64,000 bases of DNA from Neophaeotheca triangularis (GCA_054600435.1 BAAIJX010000004.1:558001-622000), one strand, 5' to 3'; counted from the first letter of the stretch, positions 40,115 through 52,851 are shown. Made by a program: numbers and translations. The notes: generated by a model not told the origin, from the sequence alone.

Positions 40115-41791
40115 ATGGACCAACTTCCAGCAGAGCTCGTGCTCCGTGTTCATGACTTTCTCGACCCGCCAACTAGCTTCCGTCTTTCTCTTACCAGCAA
40201 GCAACTTGCCGCCCACTCACACGACGCATTGAGTCGACACTCTCGTCTCTCCACAGAGTATCACACCTGCTCTGACACGCCTGAAGTGATCCAAAAGATC
40301 TGGGAAGACCCTGATATCGCGTGGCATGTCCGCTGCCTAACACTCCGAAGCGGTGGCGAGGTGCTCGAAAGGGACGAATCCGCTCTGCCAGAGCTGCAGG
40401 ACGCCTCGATCCAGTGCCCTGTTGCCTTTTCCTCGATCACTCCCGGCTGTTCTGATATCCACCAACGCTTGAACTCCGCGAACCTGCCATTTCTGCCAGC
40501 GCATAGCACGCTTGGGGGTCATCGCGACGCTTTACACACCCTCTTGCTTCGCTACTGCTCGCGCGTTGAATTGCTCAAGATCACTCGAGCTCCGTGGCAC
40601 GATGGCGATCAGACACGGTTCTCCGCCGACTCGTGGCGGCAAGAGGATAGGTAGGCATAGAGACTCTGACATTCTTGTTCTCTTCAGGCTTTACTCTAAC
40701 TCCTCACCAGTGACGACAGCGACGTGTTGCGCGAGGGAGTGTAATTGAGCCTCACAATCCATACAACTGCCTGAGACTAACTTTTCTACAGTCACATGAC
40801 GTCTTGGCTCTTCGACGCCACCAAGCGCATTAGCAAACTGCCTTTGTCCGTCCGTCCTACTGGTTTCCAAGCGCTTCGTAAGATAGCAGTTGGACTCCCC
40901 GGAAGTACTATTCGCGGTCAACCGACATGCATACCACTAGGTACGGACGTTCTCTCGGTATTCCTTCTCCCGAATCTAGAAAGCGTTTATCTACGCGGTC
41001 TAGCTGCAGAAGGCTTTTGGGATGAAAGTGATGGTTTCAGATCTCAAATCGAGAAGCTAGCAGCCGACTCCTCACCAGTCCGCCACGTATGCCTAGAATC
41101 ATGGGCCGATCGCAATTGTACTGTTGCCCCGATTTGCAACATCATTCTAGCATGCCAAGACCTCGAAACGTTCATTCTTTCCAGTTGCGAAATACCATCG
41201 GACTTTGACAGGGTTACGACCGAGCTCTCTTCTCGGGGACGCCTCGCGTGCTTCTTTGTTTGCGGCGATGTCTCTCGCCTTCGCGGCTATTGGGGCGAAA
41301 TGTACAACCATCCCGACAATCGCAGCGTGTCCTGCCAGATTCTCCCGGTGGAGCTTGAAGAACTCGAATGCTATGGTCTTCCATGGTCACCGCACGACAA
41401 AGTTGAAGGCTCAGAGAAATGGTACGAGATCTTCACGAGTGTCTTGTCTGGCTACGATGGCCTGGAGACGCTGGTGATACACTCGAATGATACTCGTCCG
41501 AGCCGACGTGAACACGACGAGGTCGACGAAGGTCTTGCCCGTTTTATCACAGAGGGGAGGGACAATGCAGTACCAAAGCTTGAGTCCATCTGTCTCGACA
41601 AGGTGGTCGAGCATCTTTTGGCGATGAATATCGTGGAAGAGGCATCAGAGGCATTTCCGAAGCTGCAAAGAGCGGCGAAGGAGCGTCAAATCACCACTCA
41701 CCTGGAATTGGGCTCACTAGACCGCTTCGCCGATGGTCTTGTACGGGACAAATTTGGTGTCAGCTTGGTCTTCGACACCATCGCAGGATGA
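40115..41791 (+). CDS. F-box protein with LRR-like C-terminus; exons 40115-40650, 40711-40740, 40792-41791
   Basis: F-box-like start MDQLPAELVLRVHDFLD..LSLTSK and LPNLESVYL-type repeats. Introns 40651-40710 and 40741-40791 (each with a CTAAC branch site) keep the frame through a 30-nt exon. Confidence 0.72.
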
Positions 41792-42262
41792 GCGCTCATA
41801 ATAATTAAGACACAACGTTTCTTAGTTACTTGCTTTACATTGCTTCCATGACGTATTGCAGTGACCTTGCCTTACATACTTTTCTTAAAATTACGGTTAC
41901 TTATATTGCCTTATACTACCTTTTATGGACCGTACTCCCCGTATTTTACCTAGGCAACGTTATGTTACCACATGTTCTGGCTTTAGAACATGCTTTCTTA
42001 GTCGTTTGATAGAGTATCGCCTCCAAGCTATGCCAGCCATGGCTTCAGCATAGGGAATCCTGTAGGACACACAATAAGCGACTATCAACAACGTGGCGTC
42101 TATTGACAAAGGAGAGAGTACAGAGTGGAGCTGTTGTTACACATCCTATGTCAATACACCACAACAACCCTCCCGAACGGTTACACCCCGGCTCTGCTAC
42201 AACCAAACAATGAACGCATTTTCACCCCAAAAATCAATAACACCCCCATACTAATCGTACAT

Positions 42263-45200
42263 TTACCTCTTCCCACCCTTCTTCTTAGCAGGCACGACCC
42301 TAAAAGCGCCATTGCCAGGCGAGCTGCTCTCCTCCTTGGAACTGCTCTCACGCACGGGTCCCTTCTTCGCTACCTCACTCCAGCCCCCGCCCTTAGCGTC
42401 ACCGGCGTTGGCCGGGCTCGACGTCTTCGTGGGGGCAGAAGTGTCGACGAGGCCCTTGTCAGCGAGCTTCTTGCGACGGATAAACTCCTCGGCGAAGTGA
42501 CGGGAGTCGATGGTGTTGGAGCTGTGGTGGACGGCTTCCGTAATGATGTCCGTGTCGGGCGGGAGGAAGACTAGCTGGGCGACGAAGTCGTCGGCGGAGA
42601 TGCCCTTGGTGAGATCCGGGCGGAGCTCATTGACTGCCCATTTGCGGAATTCTTCCTGAGCGTTGACGCCGCCGGCACTGGTCATGGTAGAACTGCGGCT
42701 TGGAACCTTCTTGGGCTGTGCTGCTGGTTGCAAGTTCGCGGCGCTTGGAGCCCTTTGCACTGGCGTCGGGGCCGGTGCCGGGGCTGGTGTCTTTGTCTTG
42801 CCGCTGGCACCAACGGTGGTCCATGCTCCGGTGCCAGCAGCATTCGGAGGAGGCATGCTGACCTTTCCGGCGAGGTTGGCGTAACTCTTCCCAGCAGAAG
42901 GCGGAGGCACGTTCTGTGTCTGAGATGGGGCCTTGGCAGCGGCAGCGGCAGCGGCAGCGGCAGCAAGTTTGTTCTTTCGCGCCTCCTCTTCCTTTTGAAT
43001 TTGAGCCATGCTCTTGGTGTTGGCTGGGGTGGCGGCCTTGTGAACGACCTTGGCACCCCATGGGGAAGCACCAGCGCCGGTGGGAGTTCCAGGAGAACCC
43101 GCAGCACCAGTGGCCCACTTTGAGCTCGCTGGAAGGCCAGGAGCAGGGGCAGACTGCTGTGCTTGGGCTTGAGCTTCCATCTCCCTCTGTGCGGCAGAGC
43201 GACGAGCAGCAGCGGCGAGCTCCTCGTTCTGCGCGGCAACCTTGGCTTCGGCTTCCTGAATCTCCTTGAGCGAAGGGCCCTTGGGCGCCTCGGTGGGCTC
43301 TTTGGCCCATGGGGCAACAGCAGCGCTTGGCGTGTCGACCGAAGGAGTCTGAGAGCGCGATCTGCTTTCGTGGTGAAGGTGGTCAGCGACGCTCTGCCTA
43401 GAAGTGCGCTGAGCAGCTGGTGCGGGCAACGGAGATTGTGATGGCGCAGGTGGGAACGGCTGGGGAAGGTCGGTGTTAACCTTGCCCCACGCAGACTGCG
43501 CGGGAGCTGGAGACTGCTTCGCTGAAGCAGCTTTTTGGACCTGTTCGGTAAGCGAAAGAGGCTCCTGCCCTTGTTGCTGACCATGAGATACGGCCTGGGC
43601 GGGGCGCTGCTGCTCTTGAGCCTGTTCCTGCTGTTGCTGCTCGGACCGCTGTGCTGACTCGGTCTGGGTAGTAGGGAAGCGACTCTCAGCATCGTCAGTC
43701 TCGGCCCGCAACTGCTGAAACTGCTCGAGACGTTCATTAGGCATCTGCTCATTCGATTGTTGAGCATCGTACTGAGCCTGCTCTTGCTGCAGCCGAGCAC
43801 GGTCTTGAAGCATTTGACGGATTTGTTGCTCGCGCTCCTGAGTCTGCTGTTGCTGCTGTTGCTGTTGGCCAATGCCCTGACCGGGCGCGCCGAACTGGTT
43901 CTGCTGACCACCAAGGTTCAACCTGTCCATGATGCCAGGGATGTCTTCCTCGGTGATGTGTCCCAATGAGTCAACACCAGCTCCTACGGCACCAAGGCCA
44001 CCGCCAGGGGCAGCCCTGAAGCTGTTGTCGAAGAAGCCTTGCGCCTGGCCGGAGCCTCCGGCAGGTCCTTGAGAGGGGCTCGGCTGGTAAGCTGCGGCGC
44101 TTGGGCTTGCCATGCTGCCGAAGCTAGGCTGCGAATGAAGGCTCTGGGCGCTGCCTTGATGATGCAACTGCCCCGAGCCGCTAGGAGCAAGACCACTGCC
44201 GCCAGGTGCACTGCCCATCTGCAGACGTTGGGCGATCTGAGCTTGAGCGAGATGCTCCTTTTGGCGCGCCATGAGATATTGCTCCTCCTGCTTGCGCCTC
44301 TCGAGAGCATTTTGCTGATCAGCTGTGAGCGTAGTACCAAATGAAGGGAAGCTCGAAGCAAATGGAGGCTGAGCACCACCTCCACCACTAGATGCCGAAC
44401 CAGCGGACAACGGGCCAGTGGAGGAAGGCCACGCACTGGGGCCCTGGCTACTCGCCGGGGGAGCAGGACCATGTGGAATTCCGATCTGAGGAACCAAAAA
44501 TGGCTCCCTCGAGTTTCCTATACGCCTGATGAGTTGGGCAAGGGGCTCGTATTCGGGATCCTCATATTTTTTGACAAGAAGCTCAGGCGAGAAGAAACCC
44601 GCCTTGTACCAGTCGTGCATTTCCAGTCCCGACCAGGGACCTTGAGTTTGACCTTGAGGATCGCGGTAGATCCAACGCATCCGGTCTGGCATAACCATGG
44701 TGCGTTGCTGTGGAGCTGGAGGCTGCGCCGAAGCAGAGCTGCCAGGCTGCTGAGCCTGTCCGACTTGGCCCAGCTGCCTTCCGATTGGCGCCTGCTGGCC
44801 TGGAGCACCGGATTGGGAAGCCTGCGGGTCAGCGGAAGTGCTGTCGCGCTGAGCTCCCCTCAACAAATCGTTGAAGCCCTGCGATTGGAATGGACTTTCC
44901 CCTTCTCGGGGTACGTCTCGACCAAGTCCAGGGAAGTGAGGAGGCGGGCCACCCTGCTCTTGGTCATCCTGGCGCATCTGATCCTGCATGGCAGGCGGGA
45001 ACATACTGGCCATGCGACTGCCACCAAAAGCGTTGCCGCCTCCAGGGCTCATGACATTGTTTCCACCGAGACCGGCGAGGCTGGGAGATTGCACTTCGCC
45101 CATTGAGCTGAATATACCTCCTCCAAAAGCATTCGACAAGCCTGCCGTTTGACGACCGGGCGTGCCTAATCCGCCTTGCGACAACGGCCACATGGAAGAT

Positions 45201-47077
45201 CCACCTTGGCCGAAGCCTCCAAAGCCTCCCATGGAAGGAAATCCACGGTTCGGACCGGTGCTTGAAGTTTGACTGCGGTCGCCACCACGAGCGAAAGGCG
45301 GCAGACCACCCAGACCACTCAAGCTCGGGTTCTGTTGGCCTGCATCTCCTCCGAAGCCACCCAAGCCAGGCAGACGCGAGTTGCTTTCACTATCCATCTC
45401 CCCACGAAGCTGATCCAAGCCTTGTTGCTCCGGAGACCTATAAGGGTTCGTGTCCGTCGGGCTCATCGGGTCGTTACCACCAGACTGTAAACCGCCACGG
45501 GATTGGGAGGGAGTTTGCTGGTAAGCGTTGCCGCCAAAGCCTTGGCCAAAACCGGGATTGTTCTCAGGATGCATGCCGAACGCGCCGAATCCAAAGTCGT
45601 CTGGATTGCCGGCCCTGCTTGGCGTACCAAAAGCATCCTGAGCTTGACGCTGTTTAGAAGGGCTAAGGTCGGACTCTGCAGCCAAAGCGGCACTGCCACT
45701 TGGACCCATCTCCTCCTCTGCTTCCTCCAAGGGCGCCTGACTGAGGTCTTGACGTTCAGGCTGCCTCCATGGGTCGTTCTCGTTGAGCTTGCCCAGGCTA
45801 GAGACACTTCCCTTTTCCTTCAAGCTGCGAGGACCGCCCATGTCTTCATTGCTATCCTTGTTGAGCAAACCCTTGAACCGACTCTCTTGTCTGCCGCTGG
45901 CTGCGCCGGCACGTTTGTCGCCCGGCGTGCTTGGCTGACCTCCGATGTTAAAGTTTCCAAAAGCGCTGCCCATGGGCGAAAAGCCTCCGCTCGGCGTGCC
46001 AGCGGTCCATGGCGAGCTAGGTGCCGCGAAACCACCTAACGGCCCGGTTCCCTGCCGCTTGAGGGTACCGAAAGGAGTGGTAGCGGACTTATCACCGGCG
46101 TCCTTTTGCGCGTCCTCAGCCCTACCAGCATCTTTCATATCCGTCCTACGACGCTGTAGAGCTGGTGGCGGGGATGCAGCGCGCTGCTCCTCTCGATTGA
46201 AACCAGCGGTCGGCGAAGCCACTGTGTTGGCGGATGGGAATGGGTACGATTCGCTGGCTTCGCGGCGACGTCCGGGTGCGCGGGAGGCGGTCGGGGAGGG
46301 CATGCCGAAGCCACCAGGGCTGTTGACCCCTTGCGAAACGGATATCTTTCGGGCTGTGCCTTGGGTGTTGTCCTTGTTGGCAGTGGGTGGCTTGACAGGG
46401 GTGTTGACCGAGGTAGAGAATAGCTGGCGACGTAATTTAGTACATGTCGTCGCGACCGAGTCAATGCTTGGCGTTTTACGTACCTCCCGTTCCTCTTGGT
46501 CCATGTCGAAAAGACCGAGAGGCTCGACAGTTGTGCCATTATCCCAACACACTCCCGGACCTACATTATTATCCCTCTGATGCTCAGACCTCGACCATCC
46601 CCCTCCGCTTGTGCCATTGGCCTGGCGGGGGTGGAATCCTCCCATGAAGAGGTCCGAGGGAAGGTTGTCGAGACCGCCATTGGAGGTTTGTTGCATCTTG
46701 AAGAGGTCGAGCATTTGGGTTTTATCGTAGCGGTTCTCGGCGATGACACCATTGCGATGCTGGGGGGGCACATATGGGCCGGATCGAAACGACGCGCCAG
46801 CGGGCTCTTGGGATTGGGCTGCGGAGGGGGTGTTGTTGGCCACAGAGGTTCTCCGGAAAGTCTGCGTAGCGCCATTATTTCTTCGGGACCTAGGTAGGTA
46901 GTTGTCAGCAGTGTTCCGGACATGATCCGCCTTGCGCCAGCAGCGGCCTGGAGAGCACTCGACGCCGCCTTGGACGGGAAGCTCTAGCACGCGCTTTACT
47001 TACCAATCAGAAGAGTCACGTGCTGAGGCTTGGTTATTGTTGCCGGCGGCGGCGGATGCGAATGACGGAGGCGCCAT
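42263..47077 (-). CDS. SMY2: Smy2/GIGYF-type GYF-domain protein; exons 47077-47004, 46889-46484, 46423-42263
   Basis: GYF domain WIYRDPQGQTQGPWSGLEMHDWYKAGFF; N-terminal YDKTQML fits the YxxxxL-phi-type eIF4E-family binding motif loosely; C-terminal FAEEFIRRK. Introns at 46890-47003 and 46424-46483. Confidence 0.87.
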
Positions 47078-48017
47078 TGTAGTTTGGTGCAGGATCACAA
47101 AGAGGGTGTGAGAGGGGGGTGTTCGGGGGGGGGGCGTTCGTTGGCTAGGGAAAATTTGGTGATGGAGGCTTCGTGCCGAGTACGAGGGGATAATGGTAGC
47201 TGCGCGTGGGCTAAGCGATGTCGATGTCGTTAATTGTGACGATTGGAATGCGGCGTAAATGTCGAGGGACGTGATGGAAGACTGTTGGCGTCGTGGACGT
47301 GAATCTTTCAGAGTAACGTACTTGTACCAGTAGGTAACGTTAGTACCTAAAGGTAAGGTAGGTAAGGCAAGAGCTAATTTGCCAAGCACTCTCGGCAGAA
47401 TTCCGGGTGGGTGACCCTAGGCGAGGGCGAGGGCACGCGACAAGACACGAGACGACGACTTGCACTGTAGTAGAGTGTACAGTACTGTACTGTACCTTAA
47501 TGAACCCTAAACCTCCTACTCCAACATGTCCCGTCGCTTAGGTTTTTCCACCACCACCACTTCCCCCCTCGAGGAAGTTCAAGTCAAGACGATTGCCACC
47601 CGTGCACACACACAATAGGAGGCGCGGTCGTCATCGCTCCTACACTCACCTATCCATCCGGCGACCTCAATGTTTGCTACAAAAGCCGCTACCCGCCTGT
47701 CCCTCCCTACCTTGGATGTAATTCGCCATCAAGCAGTGCGCAAGCCCCGGCAGTTTGCTGCATCATAGCATGAACGCCCTTCTAGCTCCCCCTTCGCGTG
47801 ACCCGCAGCATGACATGTAGCGTGGGTGTGGTTCTACAGACCGGTCGGTCACCTTGTAAGAACGCCTGTTTAAGTCTGACATGCCTCCCTGCTCTCTCTT
47901 CTCCTCTCTGCTTTTTTGGAGCCTTTGCTTCTGAACGCTTTCCTCGTAACCCGCAGCGCTTGTTCCTACTCGGCTTGTGCAGTGCGCCTATCTCATCATC
48001 GATCTCGCTCAAGAACC

Positions 48018-48962
48018 ATGGACCCCCGAACGCAAATGTCCCTTGGGGGCGGCGGCGGCTTTGGAGGCCTCGTGGGCGGGGGAGAATTGGGAAGTGGCCT
48101 AGGAGGAGGACTTGGAATGGGCATGGGGCCTGGCTCTCGAGGCGGTTCGCGATTCTTGGAATCACCATGACATGACACACAGCTGACTTAATCTTTGGTA
48201 GGTTTCCTCGGTGGACCTGGCATTGGAGGGCCCACCGGAGGGATGGGACTCGGGCGGTTAGGCGGTGGTATCAGGGGGGGTCCTGGCTTGATGTCGATGA
48301 TGGGACCGGGGATGATGATGGGTGGACCGCCCGGTCTCGGGGGCCTAGGTATGGGAGGTCTCGGTATGGGCATGGGTATGATGGGAGGGCCAAGGGGCCG
48401 AGTGGGCTGTCTAGGCATGGGAAACGGTTTGGGTCGACTGGGCGAGGGAATGTCCGGGTTTGGTGGTTGGGGTCCCTTGGGCGGCGGAGGCGCCACGTAC
48501 ATTGATCCTCGTATGCTCGGCGTGGGAAGCATGGGAGGCAACATCGACCCGCGAATGCTCGCAATGAGCGGCCTGGGAGGTGGATTGGACCCGCGAATGT
48601 ACGGCATGATGGGGGCTGGATACGGTGGCAGGGCGATACCACTATGGATGCTCTGGGGCGATCTTGATGACGACGACGACGACGACGATCTGGAGTGGGA
48701 TTTCTTCGACAATGAGGACGAACCGGATAGGCTGGCCTGGGTTGTCAGGCAGCAGAAGAAGAAGGCTCGTAGGAGGCGTCAACTAGGTACGTGCTGATAT
48801 CGGTTCCATTCAAGTGTGACATGGCGCTGAAGCGGATCACTTGATCCAGCAGTGACCTTGACGCATAAATTTTAGCTAGCAGTGACTGACTTATTCTCAG
48901 TAGCTCGTTACAGACGGACAGCCGGACGAGGCTACCACGACGACACATACCTCTTGTACTGA
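48018..48962 (+). CDS. Gly/Met-rich low-complexity protein with DPR repeats, acidic tract and basic patch; exons 48018-48144, 48202-48786, 48901-48962
   Basis: Two Gly-rich ORFs join in frame via intron 48145-48201 (GTTCGC..CTGAC..TAG). A probable last intron is 48787-48900 (GTACGT..CTGAC..CAG); if it is retained, the stop falls at 48797. Confidence 0.65.
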
Positions 48963-49195
48963 AGAGCTTCGCGTCGGCTCAGGATCTGGGGGTATATGCA
49001 TGACTGTTCTTGCCAACTTCATGGCGCGCAAGCTCGAGAAAAGATTTGGTCTCCACCAAGCATGTAGATGTCACACAACACAGTCGCTATTCCACGCCAC
49101 TCCCAAGCCCCACGAGCGCTGAATATGTAAGTAGGCAACGTCCCACCACCTCAAAACCACACACCAAACCAAACACAGCCCAACAATCACCCCGC

Positions 49196-50833
49196 CTATT
49201 CCTCTTCCCTTCGCCTAAACACAACCCAGGGCCCTTCGTTCTTACTCACAAACCAATCAAAAGTATGATACTCCCCCTCCCTCCTCCTCCCCTTTTTCAA
49301 ATCCCTTTCAAACCCACGATCCCCCGTCCCCCCCACAGCCTCCATCTCAAAAGCCCACACCACCCTCGCAACGGCCAAACTCAACTCAAGATAAGCCAGC
49401 GGCTTACCAGCGCAACTTCTCGGGCCGAGAGAAAAGGGGTTAAAAACCGAAAGCAGCGCTTCACGATTCTGCTTGAGGAAAAAGTCGGGCTTCGCCGCGT
49501 CCGCGTCATCTTCAGTAGTATCCCAGGCTTGCAGGAAGCGGCTGGGGTCGAAAGACTGCGGGTTCACGACGTACGAGGCATGGTGGTGCAGGGCGAGGAT
49601 GCACGTCCCGACGTCGACCCCTGGGGGTAGCGAAACGCCCAATGCGGGGATTTTGAGGCCTTTGTGCTGGACGCGGCGCGGGAGGAGACCGCTGATGGGG
49701 GGCGAGAGGCGCATTGTTTCGTCTATGCAGGCGCGGAGGTAGGTGCAGGAGTGCAGTTTGGGGCCGAGGCGGATCTCTTCGGGGTTGGTGAAGGTGGAGC
49801 GGAGTTCGTCTGTCAGGCGGGCGAGGACTTGTGGATGCTTTGTGAGATGGAAGAGGCAGGCTGCCATGGTTGTCGAGGCTGTGTCGGAACCTGCGACGAT
49901 GAGAGTGTTGCCTTCCATCCAGAGCTCGTCTTTGCTTAGCCCGTCGCCGGTTTCGGGGTCGGTGGCGTTTAGAAGGAAGGAGAAGATGTCTTTGCGGTGG
50001 CAGTTCGCGAGGGCTCGGTCCTGAGTTCTTTGCTGAACTTGCTTCTTTCCAAAAGCCAGGTATTGCAGCCTTTCCAACCAGAGTGTGCGGAAGAAAGGTA
50101 AATACTTCTCGGCTCCGGTTCTGTGCAAAAAGGGCATCGTCGCTGTCGTGTAATTTCTTCTAGCCGCAATGGAAAGTAGACGTATGGCCTCTCTATTCTC
50201 GGGCTTAGCTCCTATGGTCCCAAATGGCCGGCCGAAGACCAGGTCACCCATGATATCAAAACCCAACCAGCTCATCCATTGCGACAAGTCCAGCGGCTCC
50301 GTCCACACCGACTTCATCTCCCCCCAACCCTGCTTTGTCGCATCGCCTATCTTACCAACCAACTCACGCACATTATCCAGCACATACTGCTCAGTATCCC
50401 GCAGCGCACTGTCGGAAAAAGCCTGGCTCACAATCCGTCGCTTCTTCGCAGCCTGCTGCTTATCAATCGCCAATAAAGTACTGACAGCTCCCGGCGCCAC
50501 GGGGAAAGCCGAATACCAGTCTGCTTTTCGGACGTTGGCGCCGTGGCCATAGATGGCTTTGAGAGCGGCCGGATCATTGATGGCAAGACCATTGGGCGAA
50601 TAGCGCACGAATGTCCCGTATTGTTCGTGGAGCTGCCGGAAATTTATGTGTTTGTCGCCGATGTACGCGTGGTAGGTGTCGTACCAGGAGGTGAGGCGAG
50701 CGAGAAACGGGCCTGGGTATTGTGCCAGTGGGTGGAAATAGAGGCGGTAGACTGCGAGAGCGAGAAGAAAGAGGGACGTCGCGCATGTTGCTAGCTCGTA
50801 GAGTAGAGCACTAAATTCGACTGCGGTCTTCAT
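49196..50833 (-). CDS. Cytochrome P450 monooxygenase (intronless)
   Basis: N-terminal TM with PLAQYPGP, I-helix AGSDT, ETMR (ExxR), FDPSRF and the heme motif FSLGPRSCAG. Confidence 0.95.
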   Translation of the reverse strand: MKTAVEFSALLYELATCATSLFLLALAVYRLYFHPLAQYPGPFLARLTSWYDTYHAYIGDKHINFRQLHEQYGTFVRYSPNGLAINDPAALKAIYGHGANVRKADWYSAFPVAPGAVSTLLAIDKQQAAKKRRIVSQAFSDSALRDTEQYVLDNVRELVGKIGDATKQGWGEMKSVWTEPLDLSQWMSWLGFDIMGDLVFGRPFGTIGAKPENREAIRLLSIAARRNYTTATMPFLHRTGAEKYLPFFRTLWLERLQYLAFGKKQVQQRTQDRALANCHRKDIFSFLLNATDPETGDGLSKDELWMEGNTLIVAGSDTASTTMAACLFHLTKHPQVLARLTDELRSTFTNPEEIRLGPKLHSCTYLRACIDETMRLSPPISGLLPRRVQHKGLKIPALGVSLPPGVDVGTCILALHHHASYVVNPQSFDPSRFLQAWDTTEDDADAAKPDFFLKQNREALLSVFNPFSLGPRSCAGKPLAYLELSLAVARVVWAFEMEAVGGTGDRGFERDLKKGRRREGEYHTFDWFVSKNEGPWVVFRRREEE

Positions 50834-52302
50834 CGCTGGATGAAACTACTTGTAGACTATTTCCTGGGACAACAGTGGAGCTCCGACTTTGCTTTGCGAT
50901 GCAAAGAAGAGGGAGTTCAACTACGGAGGGGAGACTACCCACCCGGATCCTGCCTTGGCTCTGATTCTCTATGAAGATGGCTCGCACAACAGCATGACAA
51001 GTGGCACATGTCCTGCTACCTGGATAACGCCTGCATACCCCCTCTGGCATAGGTTAGTGTGAGCTTCAATGTACGTTTTGGGTCGTTCACAGATGTAAGC
51101 GATGGAGGGGTTACAGTACATGAGGCACCGTACCTCCAGCTCTGCAAGCTCCTACGTATCAACCAGGTAGCTGCATCAAGTAAAAGATGATGCTTGGCCT
51201 TCAGGCTCCGCTAACTTTGGGCTCCGTGCTGGTTTCAACCATGGGGTTGTCGTGGGAGTGCCACAATCTCTGGTTGATGTCGGTTATTCCGCTTCAGATG
51301 ATGCAGAAACTGTGGACGGTACGTATCCATTGCAGTCAAGAAGTAATAAGACGCAGCGAGGAAGACTTGGATAATGTTGAGGCAAATGGAGGGCGCCCTT
51401 CTAAGCCCTTCTTGATAGCAGCTCATTTAACAATGGGTATCGAATTCCATTCCAAGCCGCGCTGGGTCTTGATAAATCTTTGACTGGGTGGAGTGCTGAG
51501 TCGATAAAATCGTGTAAAAAGCGCAAGAAGAATGGCAGTAAGCAAGGAAAGAAATTGTGGTCACCACCAACGTGAGCTTGAAAGGCACGAATCTAAGGTC
51601 ACTCGTTCAGGGTGGTATTCCTGTAGTACCTCTTCCACGTCGGTCGGCACGTTCTCGTCTTGAGGGCCGGAATCGTCGTTTCGCATTAGAGTCTTTTCAG
51701 ATACTCCGTTCGGTGAGGTGGCTGGAGAGGGAGAAAGGGCTCCGTGGCAAGCGGTTACCAGACTTCAGATCCGTGGCAAGCTCGTATTGCCTCGTGGTTG
51801 CTCACAGGGCCTAATCGCTGAACTTGAATGGTTGAATACTGAATTCCTCCTCCTCTGTAGCTCCGGTAGGTAGCCTTCGAATGGTACAAAGTGACGAAGC
51901 ATTTCGGTTCAGGCACTGCGTTTCGTCGCCAACCTCTACAACCACCTGTATCATCATGTTATGCGCCGTATGCCAGAGGGCCAGATCGAAACGGCCTCGA
52001 TTGGGTCTGCTGCATCTTTGGGGGAATCGTAAGTTGACCGAGACAGCTCATGCATGCACAGGTTATAAGGTACTTGTAGGTGACTGGAGACGTGCTTGCC
52101 ACGTCACAGCAGCATGTCCCGTCGTCGCTGGCCTGTCCTTGGCGACCTCGGGAGTCCTTCACCGCTCAAGTAGCAAAAGGTTGGAACAACCTCAACACCT
52201 CGTCCTCCTCGCTAAATCCTTCTAATACCCACACAACGTGTACGCCTAAGGAATCCCCACTGCCGTCATCCAAACAGGCAGCACAGCAACCTCGCAATCA
52301 CA

Positions 52303-52478
52303 ATGAACCCAGGAGCATGTCCCAAGTGCGGCAAAGCCAATGCCGGTGGAGGCAAGAACTGCGCCAGCTGCGGTGCCGTAAGTTTCACTTCCCGTCCAGG
52401 CTGCTGCGACCCTAATGGGCACGGCGATAGAACGGTACTGACTATGTGTGTATACATGCATAGTCTTGCCCGGTATGA
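52303..52478 (+). CDS. 29-aa Cys-rich micro-protein MNPGACPKCGKANAGGGKNCASCGASCPV (zinc-ribbon or metallothionein-like); exons 52303-52377, 52464-52478
   Basis: CACA-ATG context after a C/A-rich leader; intron 52378-52463 (GTAAGT..CTGAC..TAG); Cys pattern CxxC-x10-CxxC-x3-C. Confidence 0.72.
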
Positions 52479-52811
52479 GATGATCACCCTCAAAAACGAC
52501 TCGACGGTCGCAACGAAGGCCACGAAAAAGAGCGGCATCGGCCAGCCTTTGTTGATTGTCCATTTCTGCGAGATGAGGTGGCACAGTGCGAGGCCCAGGA
52601 GCATGGCAGTCTACCGCGACGCGCAGATCGATTCGGTATTGCTTGGCCTCAGGCATTGTCATTCTTTCCATGTTCACGCTCGTTATCTAGGTACTGCACC
52701 CGGCTCGTCTCGAGGGATGCGCGCGACACAGCGCGATAGCCGATATGTTTCGTCTCCTTTTTTGGATCCTGGAACTCGCAGTCGATCCTCAAGAACCGCG
52801 TCCCTGCTCGA

Positions 52812-52851
52812 TCTCATCTAGATTATTGTCCTCTCATCTAGATTATTGTCC
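52812..52851. repeat. Perfect 20-bp tandem duplication
   Basis: TCTCATCTAGATTATTGTCC occurs twice in tandem. Confidence 0.95.

Noticed and set aside
48188..48712. Pro-rich minus-strand ORF
   Set aside because: It mirrors the Gly-rich plus-strand gene, and the splice signals are on the plus strand.
49196..50833. Secondary-metabolite cluster around the P450
   Set aside because: No PKS, NRPS, terpene synthase, transporter or pathway regulator lies nearby in the window.
52303..52821. 172-aa ORF as a single-exon gene
   Set aside because: A canonical intron after codon 25 gives a coherent 29-aa product; the rest reads like UTR.
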